From contig CANJJP010000001.1 in NCBI GenBank assembly GCA_947474485.1, forward strand, positions 1 to 24,557: a DNA stretch of 24,557 bases, in the 5' to 3' direction. Origin of the DNA: Bacteroidota bacterium. Lineage in GTDB: Bacteria > Bacteroidota > Bacteroidia > B-17B0 > Aurantibacillaceae. The notes beneath the pieces were generated by a model. The model was not told the origin of the DNA, did no database searches, and saw nothing but the letters and a program-made list of their open reading frames with translations. Position 1 is the first letter of the stretch; the number at the start of each line of letters is the position of its first letter. A program made the translations under genes and the position numbers. Shown here one piece after another: positions 1 to 9,001 of the stretch.

Positions 1-1
1 A

Positions 2-3000
2 TTGAGGTTTTGTTAAGTTATTATCAGAAAGATAATTAAAAAAAATAGAAAAAGGTATGGAAGGATTATTATTAAATTCCTCAACAAACAGAAGTTGTGT
101 AAATAATTTCAATGAAAATATTTTAACCTCGGATGAAATATCAACCATCATATTAACTACTTTAGTTAGAGCAATTAAAATATTAGTAAAAGGCATCGCA
201 ATAAATACTTTATTGTCACTATCTTGAATTAATAATTCTTGTAATTGGTTATGAATAGAATTTTTTTGAATTTCTGGAAGATACTCAATTTCAGTATTAA
301 TTTCATCTTTTACCAATTTGGAATTAACTCCAGTAAATGATTCTAACATAAATAACCATGAGTTAAAAACATCAAACAAGGTTAATTGATTTTTAATGCG
401 ATATAATGAATTAATATTATTGGTAATAGAAATACCGTTATTTATGCCAATACTATTAAATTTTCCCTCTATCTTTAACAAAAAACTAAACAATTTTTGA
501 CCAGATTTAGTGTTTATTTTGTTTTCTAAAAGTACCTTTTCATAAATAGTAAGCCATTCAATTTTAATCTGATTTTTATTCCTCTCTAAAATAAAATGTA
601 AATTTTGATCATTAATAACAATTTGAATTATTGATTTTCTAAAAATATCTAAAATTTGTTTTTCATTTAAATTTGCAGTTTTTATACTAACAATAACTTG
701 TTTAACAATAGATTTTAAAAATATAATTGACAAGTTATTATCAAATAATAAAAATAAATAGTCTAAATCCTCTTTTAGTAATTTATCTATATCTTCAGAT
801 GAAAGTATAGCCTCAGGATCGTTATCACTAATTTTTTTTAATTCTAAAATTAAATCATCAATATAATCTGTGTTAAACTTTAGACCTTGCTTTAATCTTT
901 TTTTAAAAAAAACGGGTTCTTTATTTAGCAAACTAATTAGTAAACTTTCTAAAATCGTCAATTCTTTAATTGTTGACCACCATGGTATTTCTCTATATAA
1001 AATAAAATAAATAACTATATCACAAATATTTTCATTAGATAAATTATAATTATTTGTCAAACTAAAACTTTCAGAATCTATAATATTAATAGCATCTACT
1101 GATGAATCTATTTTTTGATTCAAAGGTAAATTATTACTTAAATGATATGAAATTACAATCCGATAATCTACAATTTTTAGTTTAGTTGACTTTAACTGAA
1201 TAAGTATAAAAATAAATCTTTCAAGAATTAATTTATAATAAATTTCTTTTTTCGTGCTACGATTTATAAATTCCAAATATAAATCATTTACCTTTTGATA
1301 TAAATCCTCTAATTTTATTAATATTACTTGAATTGAATAATTTATCTCCGTTTCATTTAAAATTATATTTGCAAATATTTTTTCCTGTAAATCTACAAAT
1401 TGATAATGTAATGTATTAAATGATAATTCCAATTCATCAATTGTTAAAATACTAATAAATGGGTTATTATCATCCTTATTTATAGATTCATCAAATTTAA
1501 ATATGTGCGGTTTTTCAAATACAAAAATATTAGAAAGCTGATTATATCTAATTTCAATTTCATTAGTATTTTTTATAAAATAAAGTATTGTCTGATAATC
1601 AAAAACTTTTCTGTCTGAGTCCTTACTAATTAAAAGTATTTTAAAATCAACTAACCGTTTGATTAAACTATTTAAAGAAGAATGTAAATAATTTAACATA
1701 GACGCATTAATCTGATTGGAATTTGAATCTTCATCAATTAAAATAATTCTACTATAATAAATATGAAGGTTATTTAAATACTGCGTAGTTTCAATAAGCT
1801 TATTTATAATCCAAAGGTAATTATTTGAGCTAAATACAATTTTCTCGGAATTATACCCAGCAATTTCCTGAATACTATTTTCAAAAATAGCAAGATCATT
1901 TAATAATACGTCCTGATTTTGTTGCAAATCTTCAGTATACTTAACATCAATCTCAGAAATTAAAATGTCTTGCTTTGAGGAATCTAAAAGTTTAAAATCA
2001 AACAATAACTTTAAATCCTTATCTAAAATAGTATTATTTTCAGCAAAATTTAATTGTCTACTCCAACCATTAAATTTTAACTCATCTAAGTTTTTAAAAG
2101 GTTCAATAAGTAAAAAAAATGCATCAATTTTTTTTAAAAAACTATTAATAAATTCTTCTATTTTTCGTCTAACATCAGATTCATTTATATTATTTATTAA
2201 TTTATAAATATTACTGGAAACTAAAATATCCTCTAAATTAAAATCCGCACTCCATTTAAAATTATGTTGTTTAAATGATTGTTCATTGAGTAGCTTTTTA
2301 AAAAAATCAGAAAATTCAACCTTTAAATCTTTTAATAAATTATCAATTTTAGAATAATCAATTTCATTTTCAACTAAAGAAATTAATGATTCCTTAATTC
2401 TATAAAACAATTCTGAATTATCAGAATTTTCAATAAATGAAATAAAATCTTTTCTACTCTTAAAATCGTTACAATCATATAACCATTCTAATAAATCATT
2501 TTTATTATTAAAATCTCTAAATAAATAAAACAAACTAATTAAAATTTTAACATCAGACTTATCATAAACAATCCAAATATCTGCAATATAATTAGCATAG
2601 TTAAATGAAGTACTATTATTTACAGCTGCATTATTAATAAACAATAATCTTTCTTTTATATTTCCTATTAAAACATTTTTATAATAATTAAACAAAATAG
2701 GATCATTCAAATTAATAAAGTAATCTATTAAAACATTTTTATTAGTATAATTAACTTGACTTTTTATCCACTGAACTAAATTATTTTTATCATTAAAAAC
2801 ATCAAACGATTTGTTGCTTGTAAAATTTAACAAAGAATTTGAATCCAATATATTTAATAAATTATTTATGTCTCGTTTAAAATTTTTAATATTTAAATTA
2901 TATGAATTTTCAAAAATTAAATTGTTATTATAATTTACATAATTCTTTTTAAAAATGTCACTAAATGTATCGGTATTTGAAATAGAAATAATAATTTCTT

Positions 3001-5530
3001 GTTGTATTTTAATAATTTCAACTCCTGTATATAAAGCTAAATTGGATATTATTAAATTTAATTTTTCGTTTGTAATATTGGTGTTTATATAAAATTTTTC
3101 TTTTAAAAACACAGCCCTAATTACATCTTTAAAGTAATTTAAATTTTTATTTGTAATTTTTTGAAATATATTTTGAAATTCTTTATAAAAATCAAAGCTT
3201 TCATTTTCCTCAAGTAAATTTAAAATCCAACTTTGTTCACTCAAATTTTCTAACTGAATAAGTTTAATTATATGATTAAAATTCCCGCTTTTTAAAAACA
3301 TTTTTAAATTATTTACAAAAGAGAAGGAATTCATTATTTTTTCTAAAATAAAAACTCCTAAAGCCCAATTTGAAGAGAAAACTTTTAAAGATGAATAATC
3401 CCCATTTATATATTTAAAAATAGCATCTTCATAATTACTTAAAATAGAATCAGGAAAATAGTTAATATTAGATTTTTCATCTTCAACATTTCTAATTTTA
3501 TCTCTCAACAATAAATATTTATCTTCTAAACTTTCATTATAAGTAAAAATATAATCTAAATCAACTAATGTTAAATTTTCTTTTAATCTTAATTTTGAAT
3601 AATTACTTTTTATAGTATTAAATGTCTTCCATAAAGGAATATTTAATTTTACTGAAATATTAACTAAAATGTCATTAATAAAATCTTTAAATGAAACTTG
3701 TTCTAATTTATTTTGATCAATTATATTGTAAATATATTGCTGTGTGATAATAGCTGCATTATATTCTAACATCAAATCGGTAAATAATAATTCCAGAATA
3801 GCTTCCAAAGTTTCAATAAAACCATTTTTTAAAAATGGAAATACTTTATTTAAAATATATTTAGATTCGGTCCAATTCAATTTATTTAAAAAAACTGAAG
3901 CTTGATTGATTTTAGAAATATTTGTACAAAAGTCAATAAATGCTTTTGGGTGTTTATTTTCAAAATTATGTAGTATTTTAAGTAATTCAGAATTATAATC
4001 CTCATTAAGATTAACTAAACCAAAAACTTTGTTATAAGCACTACCCCACCATGGCCAATCTCTAAATTCAATTATATAAAAAATTAAATCCAAAAAATAT
4101 ATAGAATCTAAATTTGAATCAGTATTCAGATTACTATCTATTTTGTAACTTAATAACTCTAATTCACTTTTACCATCCTCAATAATTAGTTTTATTGATC
4201 GATTTACATTTTCATCTAAATTATGATTAACCTTATTAAATGATTTAATAATAAAAGATTCGGGAACTTCTAGTATTTGATTTAATAATAAAGATGAAAT
4301 AAATTGTCTTAAATCTTTTTTTAATCTTGATTCTCTAATAATTTCAAATATTGCTGCTATTTTTTCAGAAAATGAATCCTTTAATTCTTCAATTATTTTA
4401 TTAAGTTGGAATTCCGAGAAATTTAAAAATATATTATCTAAAATGGTTTCACTTAAAACATTTTGTTTAAAAAGGTCAACCAATTTTAATTTATTTTTAA
4501 TTATAAATGTTGTAATTAGATTTTCAAAATCACTTAAATTAATAGTATAGTTTAAAGCTGGAAATGAAGAGTGAGTTAAATAGTATATAATTAAGAAATC
4601 ATTTTTAGAGAAACTACTTTCGTTAACATTTTCATTAATTTTTATTACATCTGCATTACTATTTAAATATATATCTGATTTAATAAATTCTGTAATTCTA
4701 TTTTCAGAATTATTTAAATTAAAACTTGAAATATATTTTTCAAATACATATTTAAGCGATGAATCTTCTGATAAATATTCATCAATAAAATCATTAACAG
4801 ATCTAATAAAACCATTTTGTGAAATAATTTCTTCAAAAGTTTTTCTTAAAATAAGTTTTGAAGAAATATTATTAGTGGCAATAGTTGAATGATGTAGTTT
4901 CTCAATAAAATTAATTAACTCATTTAATTTACTTTTTTCAGAAGAATTAACAAATTCCCTTAATAATAAAATCAAATCTTTAAAATCATATTGATTTATA
5001 AGGCGAATTATCCACTTATTATCAGTTTGTTTAAATAGAGTATTTTTTATTTCATAAATAAAAGCCTTTTCAGTAATATTTCCAAAATTTGTAATTGTGT
5101 TTGCCCACCATGGTAAATGTCCATTCGCTAAAAAAAATATTAAAATATCAATTTCGTTTTGGGATTCACTTTTAATAGATGAATTTACAGTATCAGTTTC
5201 ATTATTATCTACCTTATCTGAATCAATATTTAATTGATTTTGAGCAAATTCTATTTGTTTTATTAATTGAGGTCGTAAATTATTTATTATAAGAGCGGTT
5301 AAATTTTCATTTAAATCATTTTTTTTAACTACACCTAAATCTATTTCAATATTAGAAATACTTATTGTTGAATTTATAGTGTTAAATTCATCAAAAAGTT
5401 GTTCAAGAGCTTTTGTTATAGAATTATTGAAAAATTTCGAAAACAAAACTTCATCTGATTGATAAGTTTCAGCATTAGAGTTTGAAATTTCAAATAATAC
5501 TCTTTTAACTTTGTGAATATTAGCAGGCAT
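2..5530 (-). CDS. eCIS tape measure protein (Afp14/CIS_TMP-like), 3'-truncated by window edge, at least 1843 aa
   Basis: Not in the ORF track because it has no stop in the window. ATG at 5530 lies 1 nt after the Afp12 stop. I read the frame codon by codon to position 2 and found no stop. The N-terminus MPANIHKVKRV...IEIDLG...LIFFLANGHLPWWAN matches the IEIDLG and FLxxGxLPWW hallmarks of CIS tape measures, and its position after Afp12 is canonical. Confidence 0.88.
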   Translation of the reverse strand, partial: MPANIHKVKRVLFEISNSNAETYQSDEVLFSKFFNNSITKALEQLFDEFNTINSTISISNIEIDLGVVKKNDLNENLTALIINNLRPQLIKQIEFAQNQLNIDSDKVDNNETDTVNSSIKSESQNEIDILIFFLANGHLPWWANTITNFGNITEKAFIYEIKNTLFKQTDNKWIIRLINQYDFKDLILLLREFVNSSEKSKLNELINFIEKLHHSTIATNNISSKLILRKTFEEIISQNGFIRSVNDFIDEYLSEDSSLKYVFEKYISSFNLNNSENRITEFIKSDIYLNSNADVIKINENVNESSFSKNDFLIIYYLTHSSFPALNYTINLSDFENLITTFIIKNKLKLVDLFKQNVLSETILDNIFLNFSEFQLNKIIEELKDSFSEKIAAIFEIIRESRLKKDLRQFISSLLLNQILEVPESFIIKSFNKVNHNLDENVNRSIKLIIEDGKSELELLSYKIDSNLNTDSNLDSIYFLDLIFYIIEFRDWPWWGSAYNKVFGLVNLNEDYNSELLKILHNFENKHPKAFIDFCTNISKINQASVFLNKLNWTESKYILNKVFPFLKNGFIETLEAILELLFTDLMLEYNAAIITQQYIYNIIDQNKLEQVSFKDFINDILVNISVKLNIPLWKTFNTIKSNYSKLRLKENLTLVDLDYIFTYNESLEDKYLLLRDKIRNVEDEKSNINYFPDSILSNYEDAIFKYINGDYSSLKVFSSNWALGVFILEKIMNSFSFVNNLKMFLKSGNFNHIIKLIQLENLSEQSWILNLLEENESFDFYKEFQNIFQKITNKNLNYFKDVIRAVFLKEKFYINTNITNEKLNLIISNLALYTGVEIIKIQQEIIISISNTDTFSDIFKKNYVNYNNNLIFENSYNLNIKNFKRDINNLLNILDSNSLLNFTSNKSFDVFNDKNNLVQWIKSQVNYTNKNVLIDYFINLNDPILFNYYKNVLIGNIKERLLFINNAAVNNSTSFNYANYIADIWIVYDKSDVKILISLFYLFRDFNNKNDLLEWLYDCNDFKSRKDFISFIENSDNSELFYRIKESLISLVENEIDYSKIDNLLKDLKVEFSDFFKKLLNEQSFKQHNFKWSADFNLEDILVSSNIYKLINNINESDVRRKIEEFINSFLKKIDAFFLLIEPFKNLDELKFNGWSRQLNFAENNTILDKDLKLLFDFKLLDSSKQDILISEIDVKYTEDLQQNQDVLLNDLAIFENSIQEIAGYNSEKIVFSSNNYLWIINKLIETTQYLNNLHIYYSRIILIDEDSNSNQINASMLNYLHSSLNSLIKRLVDFKILLISKDSDRKVFDYQTILYFIKNTNEIEIRYNQLSNIFVFEKPHIFKFDESINKDDNNPFISILTIDELELSFNTLHYQFVDLQEKIFANIILNETEINYSIQVILIKLEDLYQKVNDLYLEFINRSTKKEIYYKLILERFIFILIQLKSTKLKIVDYRIVISYHLSNNLPLNQKIDSSVDAINIIDSESFSLTNNYNLSNENICDIVIYFILYREIPWWSTIKELTILESLLISLLNKEPVFFKKRLKQGLKFNTDYIDDLILELKKISDNDPEAILSSEDIDKLLKEDLDYLFLLFDNNLSIIFLKSIVKQVIVSIKTANLNEKQILDIFRKSIIQIVINDQNLHFILERNKNQIKIEWLTIYEKVLLENKINTKSGQKLFSFLLKIEGKFNSIGINNGISITNNINSLYRIKNQLTLFDVFNSWLFMLESFTGVNSKLVKDEINTEIEYLPEIQKNSIHNQLQELLIQDSDNKVFIAMPFTNILIALTKVVNMMVDISSEVKIFSLKLFTQLLFVEEFNNNPSIPFSIFFNYLSDNNLTKPQ

Positions 5531-5531
5531 T

Positions 5532-8123
5532 TTATGAAATAATGGTGCTCAAAAGTTTATCAAGTGATTTTGTCTTTAATAAAATATCAGTGGAATTTAA
5601 ATTGTTATTATAATCTAAGTAGCTCTTTTCAAAATCAAGCATTGTATCAAAATCAAACCATTTAATATTAACCACCAAATGTGCAGGTAGTTCTTGATAA
5701 AAAAATTCCTCAACATATTTTTTAAATCCTTTTTTTTGAAATTTAGTTGGCCAACTAGGTAGAATAATTGTTACGATATATGAAAAAGGATTATTAACGT
5801 TACTAAAATAATCTTCGTATTTTGTTGTATAAGTATAATTCAATAAATTAGAATTATTAGAATCTAAATAATATTCTAATTTATCTATTGCCTCTGAACG
5901 GGAAGAATAATAACTTCTAGATAATAATTTACCATATTCACATTCAAAACTTATTCTGTATTCTTTTAAAGCTGATTCAATAATTTTAAAATTATTCAAA
6001 TCCTTGCTCAAACCAATAAATTTCTTAATAAATAAATCACAATGATTTAGTGTATATAATCTTTCCGACATAAAAATAGATTTATTGTCAAACATTACGT
6101 TAAATCCATAACAAAGGAAATCAATATCAGGCCTTAAAGATAGATGATCTATTATTTTAAAGTTTTCTGAATTATTATCTATGTCAACTATTTTTTGATG
6201 AACAAATTTTCTAATATCATCCGAAAATTCATAGTCAATATTAACTTTTGAAATTAATTCCTTATTATTGAAGATTGAAACTTCATTTGCGCCAGTTTCA
6301 ATTATGTTTTCAAGTTCAATCCCATTTTTTAAAAACACATTTAAAGGATTATTAATAGAATATATTTCAGCTTTAATAAGGCTACCAGAACTTAAATGTG
6401 CAATACTTGAAGTTATAGTTTCATTAGTAAACCCTTTTAAATTTAAATTTTTCCCTATCCATGCTTTTAATCCATTTATTTGAGGATAGAGAGAAGATTT
6501 TCCAGTTATATATCTTTCTGATGATAGTGTTGGAAAATTTTGCAATAAATCAATTTTATAATTTATTGCTTCAACTTGCAACATTTCAGAAAGTAGTTCA
6601 AATTTACTGGTATCAATTCCAAAACGAGCTAATAAGTGATCTAATACAGAATTTCGGCGATTCAAGTATTCTTCCTTTGTTTCAAATGAGTTTTGAATGT
6701 CTTTACTAAGTTGCGTTCTACTCTTATTTAAATAATTAGTCCATTCAGACTTTAAGTGTATTTTATCATTAAAATTATTATATTTTATGTAATAATCTTC
6801 GATAAAGTATTTATATAAATACTCAACGCCTGGTATATCATCAATTAATTGTGTAGCGGAAGTGGTTTCAATGTTTTCAGTAGAAAATAAATATTTTAAA
6901 TGATCAAGTTGTGCTAAAAAATTAGCCATTATTTGATCATAAATCATCAAGTATCCTTTGAACTGTTTTGCCGCTGCAATAATCTCTGGGCCTGCTCCAG
7001 CACTTGGCCCTTTAAAGCCAATACCAAACGTATCAGGAAAATCATATTGAACACTATGATATTTAGATAGTTTTTTATTGGTTCCAACAGGCAAATCTAA
7101 AATATTTTGATTGTAGGATGATGAATTATTTAATTTTGGAGAAGACCATAATTCAATAAAAGATGGATTACTTTCAAAAATTAACGTGTTTTTGTAAAGA
7201 AACTTAAAATTTGAATTTTTGGTGTCAAGGCGAGGGGTATAACTTGATTTAATATCATAAATCCAATTAAATTCATTTTTATTATCATCCGAAATTTTTA
7301 AATTTCTAACAAAAGATACTCCCTGGATAGACATTGCCAAATTAATTAAATCAGAAACAAATATTCGTTTTCTAACTGTTTGATTTAGAAGTTGCTCATT
7401 TAGCAAAAAACCATTTTTTAATAGTGGGCCATCAAAAATAGTTTCCACACCAATGTTCTTTTCTAATAAATCATTGAGACTATTAAACTTAATTTCAGAA
7501 GAAAAATAATTTTGCGCATGTTGAATAAATTGTGCGCATATTTTTTTCGGATCAACGTCCTCAGACAACTCAACATCTAAAATAATACCAATTAAATCAT
7601 ATTCTAAAAAAGTTATTTTTTCAAAAACAACTCCTAATGGACAAACACTTTTAATAAATAAATGAATTTTTTTCTTAATATTATCTCTAGAAATATCATT
7701 ATCAAAATCCGGATGAAGTTCTATTTCAATATCAAAAACACCTGGAATAACTTTTTCTGAATATGCAGGAATAAATTCCCCATTCTTTATTCCGTCAATA
7801 TCTAAAATTAATCTTTTGAAATCAAAAAAAGACAATGGAGAAGTAGTTAAAATTTGATGTGCTGGAAAAAGAGAATTTTTTATTTTTTTACGTCCGGTTG
7901 TATTTAATATTGTGGCAATATCAAAATCTGAACGATAAGCTAAATCAGTTAAGGCGTAGCATAAAGTTTCTAAAATTGTTACACCCGGATCATGCGAATT
8001 ATAATCTGTCCAATTATTGCCAGATAATAATTGTATTTTATTTAGCCCTTTATCTTTTAATTCAAAAAGATCAAAAGAATCATCTGCGTCATCGTTTTTT
8101 AATATTGATGGTGATTCTTTCAT
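5532..8123 (-). CDS. eCIS baseplate protein (Afp12-like), 863 aa
   Basis: N-terminal WTDYNSHDPGVTILETLCYALTDLAYR motif, internal RRNSVLDHLLARFG and C-terminal ELPAHL are typical of Afp12/Pvc12 homologues. Gene position fits. Confidence 0.88.
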   Translation of the reverse strand: MKESPSILKNDDADDSFDLFELKDKGLNKIQLLSGNNWTDYNSHDPGVTILETLCYALTDLAYRSDFDIATILNTTGRKKIKNSLFPAHQILTTSPLSFFDFKRLILDIDGIKNGEFIPAYSEKVIPGVFDIEIELHPDFDNDISRDNIKKKIHLFIKSVCPLGVVFEKITFLEYDLIGIILDVELSEDVDPKKICAQFIQHAQNYFSSEIKFNSLNDLLEKNIGVETIFDGPLLKNGFLLNEQLLNQTVRKRIFVSDLINLAMSIQGVSFVRNLKISDDNKNEFNWIYDIKSSYTPRLDTKNSNFKFLYKNTLIFESNPSFIELWSSPKLNNSSSYNQNILDLPVGTNKKLSKYHSVQYDFPDTFGIGFKGPSAGAGPEIIAAAKQFKGYLMIYDQIMANFLAQLDHLKYLFSTENIETTSATQLIDDIPGVEYLYKYFIEDYYIKYNNFNDKIHLKSEWTNYLNKSRTQLSKDIQNSFETKEEYLNRRNSVLDHLLARFGIDTSKFELLSEMLQVEAINYKIDLLQNFPTLSSERYITGKSSLYPQINGLKAWIGKNLNLKGFTNETITSSIAHLSSGSLIKAEIYSINNPLNVFLKNGIELENIIETGANEVSIFNNKELISKVNIDYEFSDDIRKFVHQKIVDIDNNSENFKIIDHLSLRPDIDFLCYGFNVMFDNKSIFMSERLYTLNHCDLFIKKFIGLSKDLNNFKIIESALKEYRISFECEYGKLLSRSYYSSRSEAIDKLEYYLDSNNSNLLNYTYTTKYEDYFSNVNNPFSYIVTIILPSWPTKFQKKGFKKYVEEFFYQELPAHLVVNIKWFDFDTMLDFEKSYLDYNNNLNSTDILLKTKSLDKLLSTIIS

Positions 8124-8294
8124 TTACTTTTTTTGTGAACTAATTTCAGAACTTTCCTTTGCTTGTAAGTGTATTTTTTCAATTAGTTTGTAAACACCAA
8201 TAAATGGTTGATTTCCCAACAATTCTAAGATATTGTTAACTTCATCAATTGTTAATTCAAGTTGTATTAATTGTGCTACCTTTTTTTTTTGCAT
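8124..8294 (-). CDS. small conserved-looking protein (56 aa), putative tail-fibre-associated chaperone/adaptor
   Basis: Hand translation gives MQKKKVAQLIQLELTIDEVNNILELLGNQPFIGVYKLIEKIHLQAKESSEISSQKK*. It fills the gap between the fibre gene (4 nt spacer) and Afp12 (its TAA directly abuts the Afp12 ATG). It is below the ORF-track length cutoff. Confidence 0.8.
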   Translation of the reverse strand: MQKKKVAQLIQLELTIDEVNNILELLGNQPFIGVYKLIEKIHLQAKESSEISSQKK

Positions 8295-8298
8295 ATTT

Positions 8299-9000
8299 TT
8301 AATAAAGTTTAGCTATATTATATTTTATTAAAATACCTTCTCCGTAATTACTTTTTGTTTTTATTTGTAATTGATAACTAAAGTAAGATCCAGCCCATCT
8401 AACATCCAGTTTATTTCTTGACCAGCCATAATAACCACATGTTTTAGTAATTGCATTTTTTGATTTACCATAAGTACTTACAGCTATTGCATGTAATATA
8501 GAGTGTGCTCCCTTTTTTCCAACAGTTGCTATAATTTCAAATGCTTGGTATTCGTTTAAATCAGACAATACATCATGCCATTCTCCGTCGGCAGGAATTT
8601 CACCAAATGCAAAATTACCTTTTCTACCCTCCATACCAATCATACCGGAGACATCTAACTTATAATCTGGTCTAGTAGAACCAATTCCTACATTGCCACC
8701 TTTTGCAATAAAAAGTCTGCTTCCACCATTAGGTTCAACAATATTAAAACCTTCATTTCCATCTTCAGTTTTTTGATTAATTGTCCATGTTGGATTTAAG
8801 TCATTAATGTTATCAAAAAAACGAAGAAGCTCCCTATTTGTTCCATCTGCTAGAATTTTAATTCCCTCACCTTTAGTTTTTATAATTCCATCATCAATTT
8901 TATTAACACTAGAATCAATAAAATCATGAAAATCCTGCTCAGTAGGAATATTACCTTTTAAAAAATAATTCTTAAGATTTGCCCTTGTCTTTTGCGCCAT
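8299..9000 (-). CDS. short eCIS tail fibre/adhesin (Afp13-like N-terminal anchor), 233 aa
   Basis: N-terminal RANLKNYFLKGNIPTEQDFHDFIDS motif of eCIS fibre proteins, plus the GNVGIGxxxPxxKLDVxG fibre-shaft motif. It lies between the two baseplate genes. Confidence 0.75.
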   Translation of the reverse strand: MAQKTRANLKNYFLKGNIPTEQDFHDFIDSSVNKIDDGIIKTKGEGIKILADGTNRELLRFFDNINDLNPTWTINQKTEDGNEGFNIVEPNGGSRLFIAKGGNVGIGSTRPDYKLDVSGMIGMEGRKGNFAFGEIPADGEWHDVLSDLNEYQAFEIIATVGKKGAHSILHAIAVSTYGKSKNAITKTCGYYGWSRNKLDVRWAGSYFSYQLQIKTKSNYGEGILIKYNIAKLY

Positions 9001-9001
9001 T

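Noticed and set aside
1965-2207. + strand 80-aa ORF from the track
   Set aside because: It is antisense to the open tape-measure frame and has low-complexity shadow composition.
5800-6050. Possible degenerate YegP/UPF0339-like repeat in the Afp12 C-terminal region (EYRISF...SRSYYSSRSEA)
   Set aside because: The similarity is too weak to call by eye and needs an HMM search.
6268-8143. + strand ORFs 6268-6483, 6461-6709 and 7859-8143
   Set aside because: They are antisense shadows of Afp12 with no recognisable motifs.
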